IMG/VR virus record: IMGVR_UViG_3300031669_000012
Location: 3,008 to 67,007 of that record
Direction: 5' to 3' (one strand)
Source of the DNA: a virus
DNA: 64,000 nucleotides
Numbering within the stretch: the first letter of the stretch is position 1; each line of letters starts with the position of its first letter. Below are positions 7,031-17,804 of this stretch, piece by piece. Position numbers and translations under genes: made by a program. The notes below the pieces were generated by a model. The model saw only the letters and a list, made by a program, of their open reading frames with translations. It did not search any database and was not told the origin of the DNA.

Positions 7031-7854
7031 AGATGATTCCTTTTACACCTCAATCAATGAATCTTCCATTTGCTCCTAATGGATTAGATTTTGATACAAT
7101 TGAATCTATTGCTAGTAAACATGGATTCCCAATTTTTAAACCCAATGATAGAAATGGATTGAATGATAATATTAATGTTAATATTTGGGTAATCAGAAAT
7201 TCAAATACTACTGCTGGTAAGTTTGATGATTATGAAATTCAGTTCTGGTTTGATTTGAATAAACGTCAATGGATATATGAAGCATATACTGTTACTGCAG
7301 ATCCTAGTGATATAGCTTTAGAACATCCTATTAATCCAAATGGAACTGCTATTATCGCATATGGATTTCATCATCTTAAATGGCAACTTGGATTTCATAA
7401 AGGAAGAACTGATCATCCAGCATTAGTTCAATGTGATAATCTTTTAGTATATCGAGATGCAAATAGGGATAAGATTCTTGATTATCCTAAATTTGAAATG
7501 TTTAAAAGTGAGAAAGATATTATACATGGTTCGCCACAAATATTAAAAGTAAATGGAACGAATATGTTTGATTATACTTTACAACAAGAATCATTGCATA
7601 TTCCAAAACTTATCTTAATGTATAACGATCAAGGTAAACAAGTTTTTGCAATGGAATATGGAATGTTTGGTATAAATAATCATAGAGCTTCTGCATGGCA
7701 TAAACTTGAAAATGTAGGATTGTATAGTGAAGGTTGTATTGTTCATAATGATCCTGTTCATTACGAAACTTTCATAGGAACTAACAGACGTTGTAGTAAG
7801 TTCTATGGTAGTAAGTTTTCTATTACAGTTTTACCAATATCTGAATTTAAATAA
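7027..7854 (+). CDS. Putative endolysin, YkuD/L,D-transpeptidase-like cysteine peptidase
   Basis: GMFGINNHRA...VGLYSEGCIV (His...S-x-G-C); VYRDANRD and HPALVQ motifs; directly upstream of spanin-like genes. Confidence 0.6.
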   Translation: MKMIPFTPQSMNLPFAPNGLDFDTIESIASKHGFPIFKPNDRNGLNDNINVNIWVIRNSNTTAGKFDDYEIQFWFDLNKRQWIYEAYTVTADPSDIALEHPINPNGTAIIAYGFHHLKWQLGFHKGRTDHPALVQCDNLLVYRDANRDKILDYPKFEMFKSEKDIIHGSPQILKVNGTNMFDYTLQQESLHIPKLILMYNDQGKQVFAMEYGMFGINNHRASAWHKLENVGLYSEGCIVHNDPVHYETFIGTNRRCSKFYGSKFSITVLPISEFK

Positions 7855-7855
7855 A

Positions 7856-8206
7856 ATGAGTAATAGAACTTATCAAATAGTTAAGATAATTTTATACCTT
7901 TTCATTCTATTAATTATGTTTTTTGCATGGAAAGGTGTGAATAATAAATTAGATGTAGTAGTAACATCTAATACAACCTATCAAGAAAACTTAAATAAGT
8001 TAGATAAAAGAATTGATACATTGAACTCTAATCTTAAAGAGAATCAATTATATAAAGATAGTCTAAATAACAGTCTAATTTCTTTAAACAAATTAAATCA
8101 ACAAACTTATGATAAACTTCAAAATTATAAAAATTATCTTAGTCCTACTATTTCAGACGATAGCGTTTGTAGGTTTATCACAAAAGCCATATATAATACA
8201 AAGTGA
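7856..8206 (+). CDS. Putative i-spanin (N-terminal TM plus coiled coil); start at 7856 (MSNRTY)
   Basis: TM segment IVKIILYLFILLIMFFAW, heptad-rich periplasmic region, single Cys near the C-terminus. Confidence 0.6.
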   Translation: MSNRTYQIVKIILYLFILLIMFFAWKGVNNKLDVVVTSNTTYQENLNKLDKRIDTLNSNLKENQLYKDSLNNSLISLNKLNQQTYDKLQNYKNYLSPTISDDSVCRFITKAIYNTK

Positions 8207-8525
8207 TACGCTAGTATGCTACACCCATTGGGAAAATAGACGTATAGCGGCCTTATTATATAAAGGTATATATTCAGACACCTTGGTTACAATACAGGGC
8301 AAGCAAATTGACGTTTTAGGCCAACTTGTCGAAAAATACAAATTCGATTCATTACTATATTCACAAAAAATCACTACCTTTGAAACGAAGTTTAAAATGT
8401 CAGATAGTCTATACAATAAGACTTATGATGCTTATTTAGTTGAAAACAAAAAAGCTAAAACTTTAAGAACAATTGGTTTTATTTCAGGTGGATTAAATAT
8501 ACTATTACTAATAATTTTGTTATGA
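8109..8525 (+). CDS. Putative overlapped spanin partner (signal peptide, coiled coil, C-terminal hydrophobic anchor)
   Basis: Overlaps the upstream gene by 98 nt in the +1 frame; hydrophobic leader ending GLS-Q; C-terminal IGFISGGLNILLLIILL. Confidence 0.5.
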   Translation: MINFKIIKIILVLLFQTIAFVGLSQKPYIIQSDTLVCYTHWENRRIAALLYKGIYSDTLVTIQGKQIDVLGQLVEKYKFDSLLYSQKITTFETKFKMSDSLYNKTYDAYLVENKKAKTLRTIGFISGGLNILLLIILL

Positions 8526-9112
8526 TTTTATTTACTCGAAAAGGTTCTGTTATAACTCCTACTCATGAGATAATGAGTTTTCCATTTTATTCAGAACTAA
8601 TAAAACAATATCCTTCAGATGAGACTGTATTATCTATATTAAGATATATTTATTTTGTTTCACATAGTGAATCACATATTGTTGAAAAAAGACTTCCAAA
8701 AGCAATTTCAGTTAAACAGGCAAAAGAAGCAAGTCATCTTCCTAATGAAGTGAATGTTAATTCACCAATTATATTAGATGCAATTCAAGCAATAGAAAAT
8801 GCAAGCAAGGATATTGTTAAAGAATCTATTAATAGAGTTCTTGCTTCATTTGATAAAACTGGAAAAGTAATTGATAAACTTCTTCAAGAAATAGACACAC
8901 TTTATGAAACTTCTGATAAAGATAATTTAAATAAAGCTTTAGGATATCTAAAAAGTGTAATGGATTTATCTTCTAAAATACCTGAGATAACTACAACACT
9001 TAAAACAACTTTAGATGCTTATAAATCTAAAATGGATGATAAGCAATATGCAAGAGGTGGAAATGATATTCCAGATTCTTATGAAGGTGATTCTGAAATT
9101 GAAGGAGATTAA
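8522..9112 (+). CDS. Helical protein upstream of TerL, putative small terminase subunit
   Basis: Positioned immediately 5' of TerL; helical with an acidic tail. Function inferred from synteny only. Confidence 0.45.
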   Translation: MILFTRKGSVITPTHEIMSFPFYSELIKQYPSDETVLSILRYIYFVSHSESHIVEKRLPKAISVKQAKEASHLPNEVNVNSPIILDAIQAIENASKDIVKESINRVLASFDKTGKVIDKLLQEIDTLYETSDKDNLNKALGYLKSVMDLSSKIPEITTTLKTTLDAYKSKMDDKQYARGGNDIPDSYEGDSEIEGD

Positions 9113-9114
9113 GA

Positions 9115-11439
9115 ATGATTAAAGATTTTCTATTAGGTAAAATACCATTTAATGGAGAACATGTAGTTTATGAAGGAGTAGAAATTAAATACTCCTTCAT
9201 AGATTATGTGATTTCTGATAAGTCACGTTATGCTTCTGCAAGTAGCATAAATCTTATCGATTTAGATAATGACTTTCTAATAGATAGAAATGAAAATCTT
9301 CTAATGAAGATTGATTTCATGTTTATTAATACTGAAGTTTTTACTAAAGCTGCAGATCATTTTAGAGAACACAAGTGCTATACATTTGCTGAAAGAGGTT
9401 CTCAAGAATATAAGGCATTTTATAGACAAGAAACTATACGTCGTAAAAGAGGTATGACTGCTAAATGTAAGTTGTATTTTAAAGACGTTCCTGAATATTT
9501 TGATCCAAATGCTCCCGAAGAAAGAAAAAAAGAATTATTACACGATCTTAGAATTACAGGAGATCATTATAATTTCTTAAACTATACTCGTATGATGCGA
9601 ACTAGAACTCGTGAAGAGGAACTAGATGCAATCAAAAGAGGATTACGAAAAGGTAAAAAAATTAAAGATTTTCCTAGATTCATAGATGGTCAATATTGGG
9701 AACATAAAACTGATGAGTTTTGTATTAACAATGGACTTAATCTAGTTGAAACTAAAGCACGTAGAAAAGGTTTTACTTACAGTAAGGCTAGTCATAGTTC
9801 TAATACTGTAAATCTATATAAAGATACTTCTATATTAAATCTTGCATTTGATATAAAATATCTTACAGATGCAAATGCTTTGAGTCATATGATTAAAGCA
9901 AATCTCGATTGGCTTGAAAGTAATACTTATTGGTCAAGAGGTTATCTTAAAGAAGATCTTGCAAATATACAACTTGGTTATAAGAAGCAAAAAGAAGGTA
10001 GTAAGAAATTTGGATGGGGTTCTAGTGTATTGAGTTATGCTACAAATAGAAATGAATCTGTGGGTGTTGGTAAAGATGGTGCTGAAATCAATTATGAAGA
10101 ATCTGGTAAATTTGCTAACTTAGAAGATACAGTTAATATTACAAACTCTTCAATTGAAGATGGAGATTTAGTAAGTGGTATTCAACGAATGTTTGGAACT
10201 GGTGGAACTAAAGATGCTAACTGGTTAGATTTTTCTAAATTCTATTATAAACCTAAAACTTTTAATGGTGTATCATTTGCAAATGTTTGGGATGATAATT
10301 CTATTGATACTGCTGCTGGGTTTTTCTATCCACAAGTATGGGCTTATTTTCCTTATGTAGATGAATTTGGAAATTCGGATATAATTAAAGCTTATCATAT
10401 AGATACACTTAAAAAGATTGCTTATGCAAAAGAAAACTCTGCAACAAAAACAAATATATTTATTGGTCAACGTGCAAATAGACCTTCTGAAGCATTCTTA
10501 AATACTAATGAAAATATATTTACACATAAGGCATTAACTAGAAAATTAAGAACTATTCAAAATCCAGATACTGTATTTACATATAGAGATGGATGGATAG
10601 AATATAATGAAGATAATAAACCTGAATTTGTTAGCAATCTAACTAGAATGACTAACAATGAATCTTTGTATGAATATTTATTAAGTGATATTCCTAATGT
10701 GGATAAAGGTGTTAAAGGTGCAGATAGAATATTTTATTCACCTTATAGAGATACTAATGATGATATTCCTAAAGAAATGTCTATAACAGTATATGACCCT
10801 TATGGAATTGATAAAGATAAAAAAGAATTAACTAATAAACATTCGTTAGCTAGTATTCAAGTATGGGGATTACCTAATAAACATTTTCCTAATTATGGAT
10901 TTCGTTTACTACACAGTTATTGTGGAAGATTGGATACTATGGAAGAAATGGATTTAAAAGCATTAGCAATTACAGAATATTATGGTTCATTACTTGTAGC
11001 AGAATTAGATAGAGGAACATGTTTAGCAACTGCTAAAAAATATAAAAAAACTAAGTTACTTGCAAATGATATTTCTTATTATACTGATCCTAAAGGTAAA
11101 GGTTCAAATCAAAAAGGAATTGTTGTAGGCTCATATGAAAAAAAAGCTGAATTGCTTACAAGTTTTGCAGATATGCTTTATGAAAAAATATCAATAGACG
11201 AAGATGAAAATATATATTACAATATTGATAATCTAAACGATCTACCTCTGCTATTAGAATTAGCTAACTTCAAGACTGGTAAAAATTCAGATAGGATTAG
11301 TTCTGCTATTTTAGCAGTTCCTTACATGAGATATTACCAAACTAAGATGTTTAATGCAGGTTATACTAAAGATAGTGCAAAGTCAACTATTGCAAATAAA
11401 ACTCACAGAAAGAGATTAGCAGAACTTTTTAAAAATTAA
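9115..11439 (+). CDS. terL: Terminase large subunit (crAss-type)
   Basis: Walker A-like KARRKGFTY, Walker B INYEESG, FGTGG, nuclease YDPY, DRISSA; no intein or intron seen. Confidence 0.92.
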   Translation: MIKDFLLGKIPFNGEHVVYEGVEIKYSFIDYVISDKSRYASASSINLIDLDNDFLIDRNENLLMKIDFMFINTEVFTKAADHFREHKCYTFAERGSQEYKAFYRQETIRRKRGMTAKCKLYFKDVPEYFDPNAPEERKKELLHDLRITGDHYNFLNYTRMMRTRTREEELDAIKRGLRKGKKIKDFPRFIDGQYWEHKTDEFCINNGLNLVETKARRKGFTYSKASHSSNTVNLYKDTSILNLAFDIKYLTDANALSHMIKANLDWLESNTYWSRGYLKEDLANIQLGYKKQKEGSKKFGWGSSVLSYATNRNESVGVGKDGAEINYEESGKFANLEDTVNITNSSIEDGDLVSGIQRMFGTGGTKDANWLDFSKFYYKPKTFNGVSFANVWDDNSIDTAAGFFYPQVWAYFPYVDEFGNSDIIKAYHIDTLKKIAYAKENSATKTNIFIGQRANRPSEAFLNTNENIFTHKALTRKLRTIQNPDTVFTYRDGWIEYNEDNKPEFVSNLTRMTNNESLYEYLLSDIPNVDKGVKGADRIFYSPYRDTNDDIPKEMSITVYDPYGIDKDKKELTNKHSLASIQVWGLPNKHFPNYGFRLLHSYCGRLDTMEEMDLKALAITEYYGSLLVAELDRGTCLATAKKYKKTKLLANDISYYTDPKGKGSNQKGIVVGSYEKKAELLTSFADMLYEKISIDEDENIYYNIDNLNDLPLLLELANFKTGKNSDRISSAILAVPYMRYYQTKMFNAGYTKDSAKSTIANKTHRKRLAELFKN

Positions 11440-11448
11440 TTTGAAGAT

Positions 11449-13842
11449 ATGAATAATTTTTATTCTAGTCAAAGGGTAACATTTGAACAAAAACAAAATC
11501 CAGATTGGTATAAACCAGTTGCGGATCATATAATAGATTTAGCTACGAGTTACAATAATAATAAAGATTTAGTTGAAAAACAATTGCGATATGCAAGAGG
11601 TATTGTAGATACAGCTGATATTCTAAAAGAACTTAAAAAGTTTTCAATTGATGGGTCTACAGTTGTATTACCAAAACATATTGATGAATTTGAATTTATA
11701 ACTGGAATTGTTGAAAGATATATTGGCGAATATATTAGGAATTATTCTGATTTTGAAGTTTATAATAATGATCCTGAAACAGTAATGAAACGTAACCAAA
11801 CGTTAAATGCTTTTTTAGAAGATAAAATTTTTGATGTTGTAATGGATAAATTTAGTGAATTACAACAACAACAAGAACAAGCAGATCAACAAGCTCAACA
11901 GCAAGGAGCACAACAAGCTCCTCAACAATCTGCTCCTCAATTAACAGAAGATGATATTAAAAAGATTCGTAAAGATTTTTTAGATACATGGATTGATGAA
12001 AAGGTAATTGAGTATAGTAATGTAATTCATTTATTGAATGATATTACTGATGCTGAGATTAAATATATTAAAGCTTTCTTTTATTGGTTTGCAACTGAAC
12101 AAGTAATAAGTTACAGACGTGTAATTGGAAATAAAGTTTATAAAGAGATTGTTTCTCCAGTAGAATATTATCGAATAAATGGTAATAATAATATGTTTAT
12201 AGAAGATGATCCTATAGGAGTTAGACAAGATCTTATAACGATGGACGTATTAAATTCACAACATCGTAATGATCTAGACGCAGAAGATTATCAACTAATA
12301 TTACAAATGGTAGATACAGGAACTCAGAATGGAGAATATCTCTATCCTAATAAAATACTACAATCTAGACAAATCGAAGGTAGTATGGCTAGTATAGGAG
12401 TTCCAAGTATTGATGGTGCTACTGATCCTGTAATGTTTACTACAAATGGACTTATTGCAAGAAGTCATATAGTATTTAAAAGTGAAGAAGAAATTCAAAT
12501 TCTTACTTATCATGCTGATGATGGGAGTATCAAAACTAAAGAAGTTGATACTGATTACGAACTTGATCCAATGATTGGTGACATATCTTTAACAGAAGAT
12601 TATATTCTTAAGGGTTACGAAATGTATAGATTTGGATCAGGAGTTACATCTATTTATACTAAACCTCGATATTTTGAACCTCAAAGAGTAGATATTAATA
12701 ATTCTTCTGATTTGAAATTACCATACAACGGTATTACTGGAATTTTAGGAGATGGGCATTGTAATCCTATTCCTTCAAGAATTGCTCCATTACAAGTAAT
12801 ATACAAACTATATTCAATTCAACTTGAGAAAGCAATATCAAGATATAAAAATTTAGTAGTTATTCCTGAAGATTTAATTGAAGATAGTGAAGAAACTTCC
12901 AGAGTTGAAAAACTATCTATTGCTAAAGAAGATGGATTTTTATTTGTTACTACTGATAATGTAAACTTGATTCAAGGAATTAGAAGTGTTTATATGAGTG
13001 GTCTTGAAAACTTTATAAAGATGATTTCTGAATTAAAAGTTGAAGCTAAAAAAGAAGCACTTGAAATAGCCTCTATGAATGAACAACGTTATGGAGACAT
13101 TAATAGTTCTGCTGGAAAAGCTACTACTGAATATGCAATTACTAAAGCTACTACTGCAAGTATCCTATTGTTTGAAATGTTTAATAAATTTAGAGAACGA
13201 GATGGATTAGCAGATATCGATGCAAGTAAGTTAGCATGGATTGATGGAATTAAAGGGAGTTTCTACAATAAACAAACTAACAAAACTGTTTATGTAGATA
13301 TTCCCGGAGAACAGCATAATGCTAGCAATATAGGTATCACATATAAGAATGGAGTATTAGAATCTGAAAAGAAAACTCAACTTGCGAATCTGGCATTAGC
13401 AAGTGCTCAGAATGGAAATCTTACTCTAGCTGCAGAAGCAATTGATAGTAATAGTATGGCTTCATTGAAGGAGATCATTAAGAAAGTTGAAGAACAAAAA
13501 ACAGCTTTGGAACAAGCTAATATGCAATATACAGAACAAGCGAAGAAAGATATTGAACAAATGAAACTTCAGCTTGAAGATATGAAAGAGAAAAGTGCTG
13601 AAAGAATGAATACTGAAAGTGAGCAAATGGAAACTGCAAGACTTGAATATCAAATGTCAATAAAGATGTATGAGATACAAGCTTTGTCAGATAATGCAAA
13701 TGGAAAATCAAATGATGTGGAATTAAAACAATTAAAACTTGGAATAGAACAACGAAGATTAGCTCTGGATACTCTTTCTGCAAAACAAAGAGGTCAAGAA
13801 ATTGCAATTCGTAGTAGACAACAAAAGAATCGACAAAAATAA
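11449..13842 (+). CDS. Portal protein
   Basis: 797 aa directly after TerL; KQNPDW start, RPLQVIY-like helix, QRYGDI motif, coiled-coil C-terminus. Confidence 0.88.
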   Translation: MNNFYSSQRVTFEQKQNPDWYKPVADHIIDLATSYNNNKDLVEKQLRYARGIVDTADILKELKKFSIDGSTVVLPKHIDEFEFITGIVERYIGEYIRNYSDFEVYNNDPETVMKRNQTLNAFLEDKIFDVVMDKFSELQQQQEQADQQAQQQGAQQAPQQSAPQLTEDDIKKIRKDFLDTWIDEKVIEYSNVIHLLNDITDAEIKYIKAFFYWFATEQVISYRRVIGNKVYKEIVSPVEYYRINGNNNMFIEDDPIGVRQDLITMDVLNSQHRNDLDAEDYQLILQMVDTGTQNGEYLYPNKILQSRQIEGSMASIGVPSIDGATDPVMFTTNGLIARSHIVFKSEEEIQILTYHADDGSIKTKEVDTDYELDPMIGDISLTEDYILKGYEMYRFGSGVTSIYTKPRYFEPQRVDINNSSDLKLPYNGITGILGDGHCNPIPSRIAPLQVIYKLYSIQLEKAISRYKNLVVIPEDLIEDSEETSRVEKLSIAKEDGFLFVTTDNVNLIQGIRSVYMSGLENFIKMISELKVEAKKEALEIASMNEQRYGDINSSAGKATTEYAITKATTASILLFEMFNKFRERDGLADIDASKLAWIDGIKGSFYNKQTNKTVYVDIPGEQHNASNIGITYKNGVLESEKKTQLANLALASAQNGNLTLAAEAIDSNSMASLKEIIKKVEEQKTALEQANMQYTEQAKKDIEQMKLQLEDMKEKSAERMNTESEQMETARLEYQMSIKMYEIQALSDNANGKSNDVELKQLKLGIEQRRLALDTLSAKQRGQEIAIRSRQQKNRQK

Positions 13843-13883
13843 TTAATTTATATCGACACTATAATATAGTAATTTATTTTTAT

Positions 13884-13948
13884 TATATTTGTGCATTGCT
13901 TATACCTATATTATATGACTGCAAACAAGTAGCAAAATGCTATCTTTG
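13884..13948 (+). promoter_or_regulatory. Two Bacteroidota -7 promoter elements (TAnnTTTG)
   Basis: TATATTTG at 13884-13891 and TATCTTTG at 13941-13948 in the portal-scaffold gap. Confidence 0.55.
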
Positions 13949-13979
13949 ATAAAGATTTTAAATACAAAAAATTAAAACT

Positions 13980-15269
13980 ATGCTTGAACCAATAAAACTT
14001 CCTGCAAACATAAAGGTAAATGAAACAGGAGATGTTATTAAGGATGATACTTTAATTCCTGATTTAGATGAACAGGGAAATCCTATCATACCTGACGATG
14101 TAGACAAAGATAAACATGAAGAAGAAACTGATAAAAATTTATTAGTTATCGATCTGAATGCAGACAAAGGAATTTTTGACATTGCTGATTTTAAATTTGA
14201 AGATGATTCCAAAACAGTTATTCAAGATGGCGATAATGAAATTGAAGCCTATCTAACTGAAAATGGGGATTATATTAATAAAGAAGGTAAAATATTATTA
14301 ACAAAAGATGAAGCTGAACAACTTGCTGCTCAAGCTGATACTGAAGATGAAGATAGTTTTACTATTGATAATATATCAAAACTTAGTGGCATTGAATTAA
14401 AAGATGCTGATGGTAAACCTTTAGTATTTGAAAATACTCCTCAAGGATTTGCTGCTAGAGAAGCTAAGATTAGAGAACAAGCTGTAGCTGAAACTAAACA
14501 AGAAGTAATAAATGAATTCTTTAAAACGAATCCTGATATTGCTCAAGTTTATAATCATAAGCTTACAACTGGTTCAATTAATAATTTCGTTCCAGTTCAA
14601 AGTCTTACAGAGAAACCTCTTACAAAAGATGATGTTGAACTAATGGAAAAGATTATAACTGCTGCTCAGTTACATAAAGGAGATTCTCAAGAAAGAATTA
14701 CTAGATTTATAGGATATAGTAAAGCTGATAATAAATTGATGGAAGATGCTTTAGAAGCACAAATTTATCTTAAAACAGTTGAACAGAATAAAACAGCTGA
14801 GACACAACGAGTTGCAAATGAACAGAATACTAAATATTATGGTATTTCATTTGAAAATGGTAAAGAAGTAGTTCATGATATTGAAGGTTCGATTTATGAT
14901 AAGATTGTAAAGAAGGGTCAAATTAGTGGTTTTAGAATTCCAGAAGTTGGAGTTAAAATTAAACGAGAAGATGGTTCTATACAAACTATGTCACGTAAAC
15001 AAGTATTTGATTATATTTCATATGCCGCAGATGCAAATGGTAATACACAAGCAATGATCGATTATAATAAACGACTTTCAAATGTAGATGAAAAACTTCT
15101 ACTTTATCTAACGACTTTAATGCATGGAGATTTATCTCAACTTAGCAATCAAGTTCGTGATGACAATAAAGGTAAACGAATACCTACAATTACTATTGGT
15201 AACAAGAAACCGGCTTCAAGTAGCAATAAGCCTCGAATAATAAAATATAATCTTCCTGTAAAACATTAA
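13980..15269 (+). CDS. Acidic protein upstream of MCP (crAss gene 77-like, putative scaffolding protein)
   Basis: D/E-rich N-terminal half and basic C-terminal tail; lies between portal and MCP. Confidence 0.7.
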   Translation: MLEPIKLPANIKVNETGDVIKDDTLIPDLDEQGNPIIPDDVDKDKHEEETDKNLLVIDLNADKGIFDIADFKFEDDSKTVIQDGDNEIEAYLTENGDYINKEGKILLTKDEAEQLAAQADTEDEDSFTIDNISKLSGIELKDADGKPLVFENTPQGFAAREAKIREQAVAETKQEVINEFFKTNPDIAQVYNHKLTTGSINNFVPVQSLTEKPLTKDDVELMEKIITAAQLHKGDSQERITRFIGYSKADNKLMEDALEAQIYLKTVEQNKTAETQRVANEQNTKYYGISFENGKEVVHDIEGSIYDKIVKKGQISGFRIPEVGVKIKREDGSIQTMSRKQVFDYISYAADANGNTQAMIDYNKRLSNVDEKLLLYLTTLMHGDLSQLSNQVRDDNKGKRIPTITIGNKKPASSSNKPRIIKYNLPVKH

Positions 15270-15275
15270 AAAACT

Positions 15276-16760
15276 ATGCGTATTCTTTCTCAAGGTGCAT
15301 TCATTGCTGAAAAGCATTCGAGCACAAATATGTTAATTAATAATCAACTTATTGATCCAGTAGATCTTTCTAAAAATCTTACATGGATGTTCGGTAAAGA
15401 TACTACATCTTTCCCATTAAGTATGATGACTGAAGGTAACGGTTTCCTTAAGAGTGTTAAACCTACGGTTATGAACGACACTCAATATAAGTGGAATATC
15501 ATCGGTAGGATGAAAAGGACTTCGATGTGTAAAGGTCTTTCAGGTGTTAATGCAACTCCTGGTTTATATACCACTCCAATTAAAGTAATTTTTGAGGATA
15601 AGACTTTCATTAAGAGTTACACTCTTACTTCTCCTGATAATCTTTTTCAGTTCTATTTAATGAATGATGGTAATAGATTGGGTGCTAATTCATACGAATA
15701 CCTATTGATGCCTATGAACTTGAAAGAAGGTGAATCAGTTGATTTATCTAATTTCACAGAAGGTCTTTACTGGGTTATGGGTGCTCCTATCATTGCTGCT
15801 GCCAAATCAGATGGAACTAGAAGTAATTCTTATACTCCTGGTAAACTTACAAACCAATTTGGATATCACAGATATTCAAAAGGTATTACTGGTAATATTG
15901 CCAATAAGGTTTTAAATATCGAACTTGATGCCATTGATGAAAACAACAAATCTACGAAAGTAAATAGTTGGATTCCTTTTGAAATGGCTATCTTTGAAAG
16001 AGAAAGACGTTTCTTGAATGAAAATGATCTTTGGGTAAGTAAATATAATAGGGATAATAACGGTAAGATTATGCTTCAAGATCCTGACACTGGGGAAGAT
16101 ATTCCTAGAGGTGCAGGTGTTTTTGAACAAATCGATTCAGTTGGAAATTCAGATTCATATGCAACTTTAACTCTTAAGAAGTTCGATAATACTATCAACG
16201 CTATCTATTCAAATAGAGACGATGATGGTCCAACTGAAATTATTCTTTATACTGGTCGTGGTGGTGCAAGAGAATTTCATAACGCTGTTATGACAGATGC
16301 AATTGCACATCAGTATTTTACTCCACTTGGAGATACTCAAATTGGAACTGCAAATGGCTTCTTAGAATATGGTGCTTATTTCAATAGATACAAAACTATT
16401 GATGGTAAGATTATCACTGTTCAAGTTACTTCTTATTTTGATAAAGGTCCAGTAGCTCAAATGCAACTTCAGAATGGAGATACTATTGACGGTCTCGCAA
16501 GAGAAAGTTTCACAATGGTATTCCTAGATCACTCGGTTGCTGAAGATGGTGAAAGGAACGTTCAACTTGTTGCTGAAGCAGGTAGAGAATATCAAGTTGG
16601 AATCTATAAAGGTATGACTCCACTACCTAAGGAATGGGGTTTGAGTAATGATATTCGTATTTCTGATAGAAAAGACGTTGCATACTACGAAGTAATTGAT
16701 TCATCGGGAATCGCTATTAAAAACGTTTCAACATGTTTCTATCTTAAGAAAGAACTTTAA
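15276..16760 (+). CDS. Major capsid protein (crAss-type)
   Basis: 494 aa; GAGVFEQI, LYTGRGGAREF, YGAYFNRYKTIDG, MVFLD and V-GIYKGM motifs; synteny. Confidence 0.9.
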   Translation: MRILSQGAFIAEKHSSTNMLINNQLIDPVDLSKNLTWMFGKDTTSFPLSMMTEGNGFLKSVKPTVMNDTQYKWNIIGRMKRTSMCKGLSGVNATPGLYTTPIKVIFEDKTFIKSYTLTSPDNLFQFYLMNDGNRLGANSYEYLLMPMNLKEGESVDLSNFTEGLYWVMGAPIIAAAKSDGTRSNSYTPGKLTNQFGYHRYSKGITGNIANKVLNIELDAIDENNKSTKVNSWIPFEMAIFERERRFLNENDLWVSKYNRDNNGKIMLQDPDTGEDIPRGAGVFEQIDSVGNSDSYATLTLKKFDNTINAIYSNRDDDGPTEIILYTGRGGAREFHNAVMTDAIAHQYFTPLGDTQIGTANGFLEYGAYFNRYKTIDGKIITVQVTSYFDKGPVAQMQLQNGDTIDGLARESFTMVFLDHSVAEDGERNVQLVAEAGREYQVGIYKGMTPLPKEWGLSNDIRISDRKDVAYYEVIDSSGIAIKNVSTCFYLKKEL

Positions 16761-16787
16761 TCTAAATAAATCCTTAAAAGTAACAAT

Positions 16788-17804
16788 ATGAATTACACTA
16801 GAACTACAAGAATAAATTGGAAGTTAAACCCTTCATGGTTTGAAACACAAAATGAGAAAGTTCTTGTAAAAGAAACTATGAGAATAGGAAGTTCCACTTC
16901 TGCTGTCAAAGCTATGACATCCAGAGAGGAACTTCTTAGAACAGTAATGCCAACTGTAATTGGTGCTTCTGCCAATACTGCTTCTGTAAATTGGCAAAAG
17001 GAAATGAATGAACATTTCAATAGTATATCTGTTGAAGTTCCAAAAGGTGGTTATGTTCTCAATCTGAGTATGGATTTTAATATTGACGATCCTGATCCAA
17101 TCAGAGCGGCATATATTAGAACCCTAAAGGACGAACAAAAGATAACCACTTCTGAACAACTTATGAATTATGTTGTAAAGGAAATGATGAAAGGAAATAT
17201 CAAAGATGATTCACTTTATAAGTTTGGTCAATTTGAAAATCCTTCTGATTATGTTCTTTATATTTATTGCCTCGGTTATAAAGCCGTAGCAAATAATCCT
17301 AAAGATGTTCATAAATCTGCTGCTATTAAATTTTATATTTTTAGCGATAGTGATGAAGAGCGTAGAAAAGAAGAAGCTGAAAAAAGAAGTCTTGAAGCTA
17401 CTAAAAAGTTTACATCTCTCATTGTTAAAGATCAAGATGTTGATACATACATGGCAATTTATATTGAATTGTTCCCTAATTTGGTTAGAGATGCAATTAA
17501 GATGCCAATATCATCTCTTCAGGCTGGTATTATAAAAGTTATTTCAAACAAAGAGGATGAAATAATTAAGATCCTGAATGACCTTGATCACTACATAGAT
17601 AAGTCTCTTATTTTAAAATATGAGGCTCTTAATCTGATTAAACGTCTACCACCTTCAATCTTTGTTGATCCTGAAAATCCTTCGTTTATCTTTGGTGAAA
17701 ATCTCGATCAAGCTATTTCATTCTTTCATTCAAAAGATGAAAATAAGATTAAGGTTGCGAATGCTTTGAAACAATCTTATTTACAATTAAAAAATCATAA
17801 GTAA
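16788..17804 (+). CDS. Conserved crAss structural protein (gene 75-like)
   Basis: First gene after MCP; DYVLYIYCL and VAN motifs. Confidence 0.7.
   Translation: MNYTRTTRINWKLNPSWFETQNEKVLVKETMRIGSSTSAVKAMTSREELLRTVMPTVIGASANTASVNWQKEMNEHFNSISVEVPKGGYVLNLSMDFNIDDPDPIRAAYIRTLKDEQKITTSEQLMNYVVKEMMKGNIKDDSLYKFGQFENPSDYVLYIYCLGYKAVANNPKDVHKSAAIKFYIFSDSDEERRKEEAEKRSLEATKKFTSLIVKDQDVDTYMAIYIELFPNLVRDAIKMPISSLQAGIIKVISNKEDEIIKILNDLDHYIDKSLILKYEALNLIKRLPPSIFVDPENPSFIFGENLDQAISFFHSKDENKIKVANALKQSYLQLKNHK

Noticed and set aside
9115-16760. Inteins or group I introns in TerL, portal or MCP
   Set aside because: The ORFs are continuous and of expected size; no C...HN splice motifs or LAGLIDADG/HNH inserts were seen.
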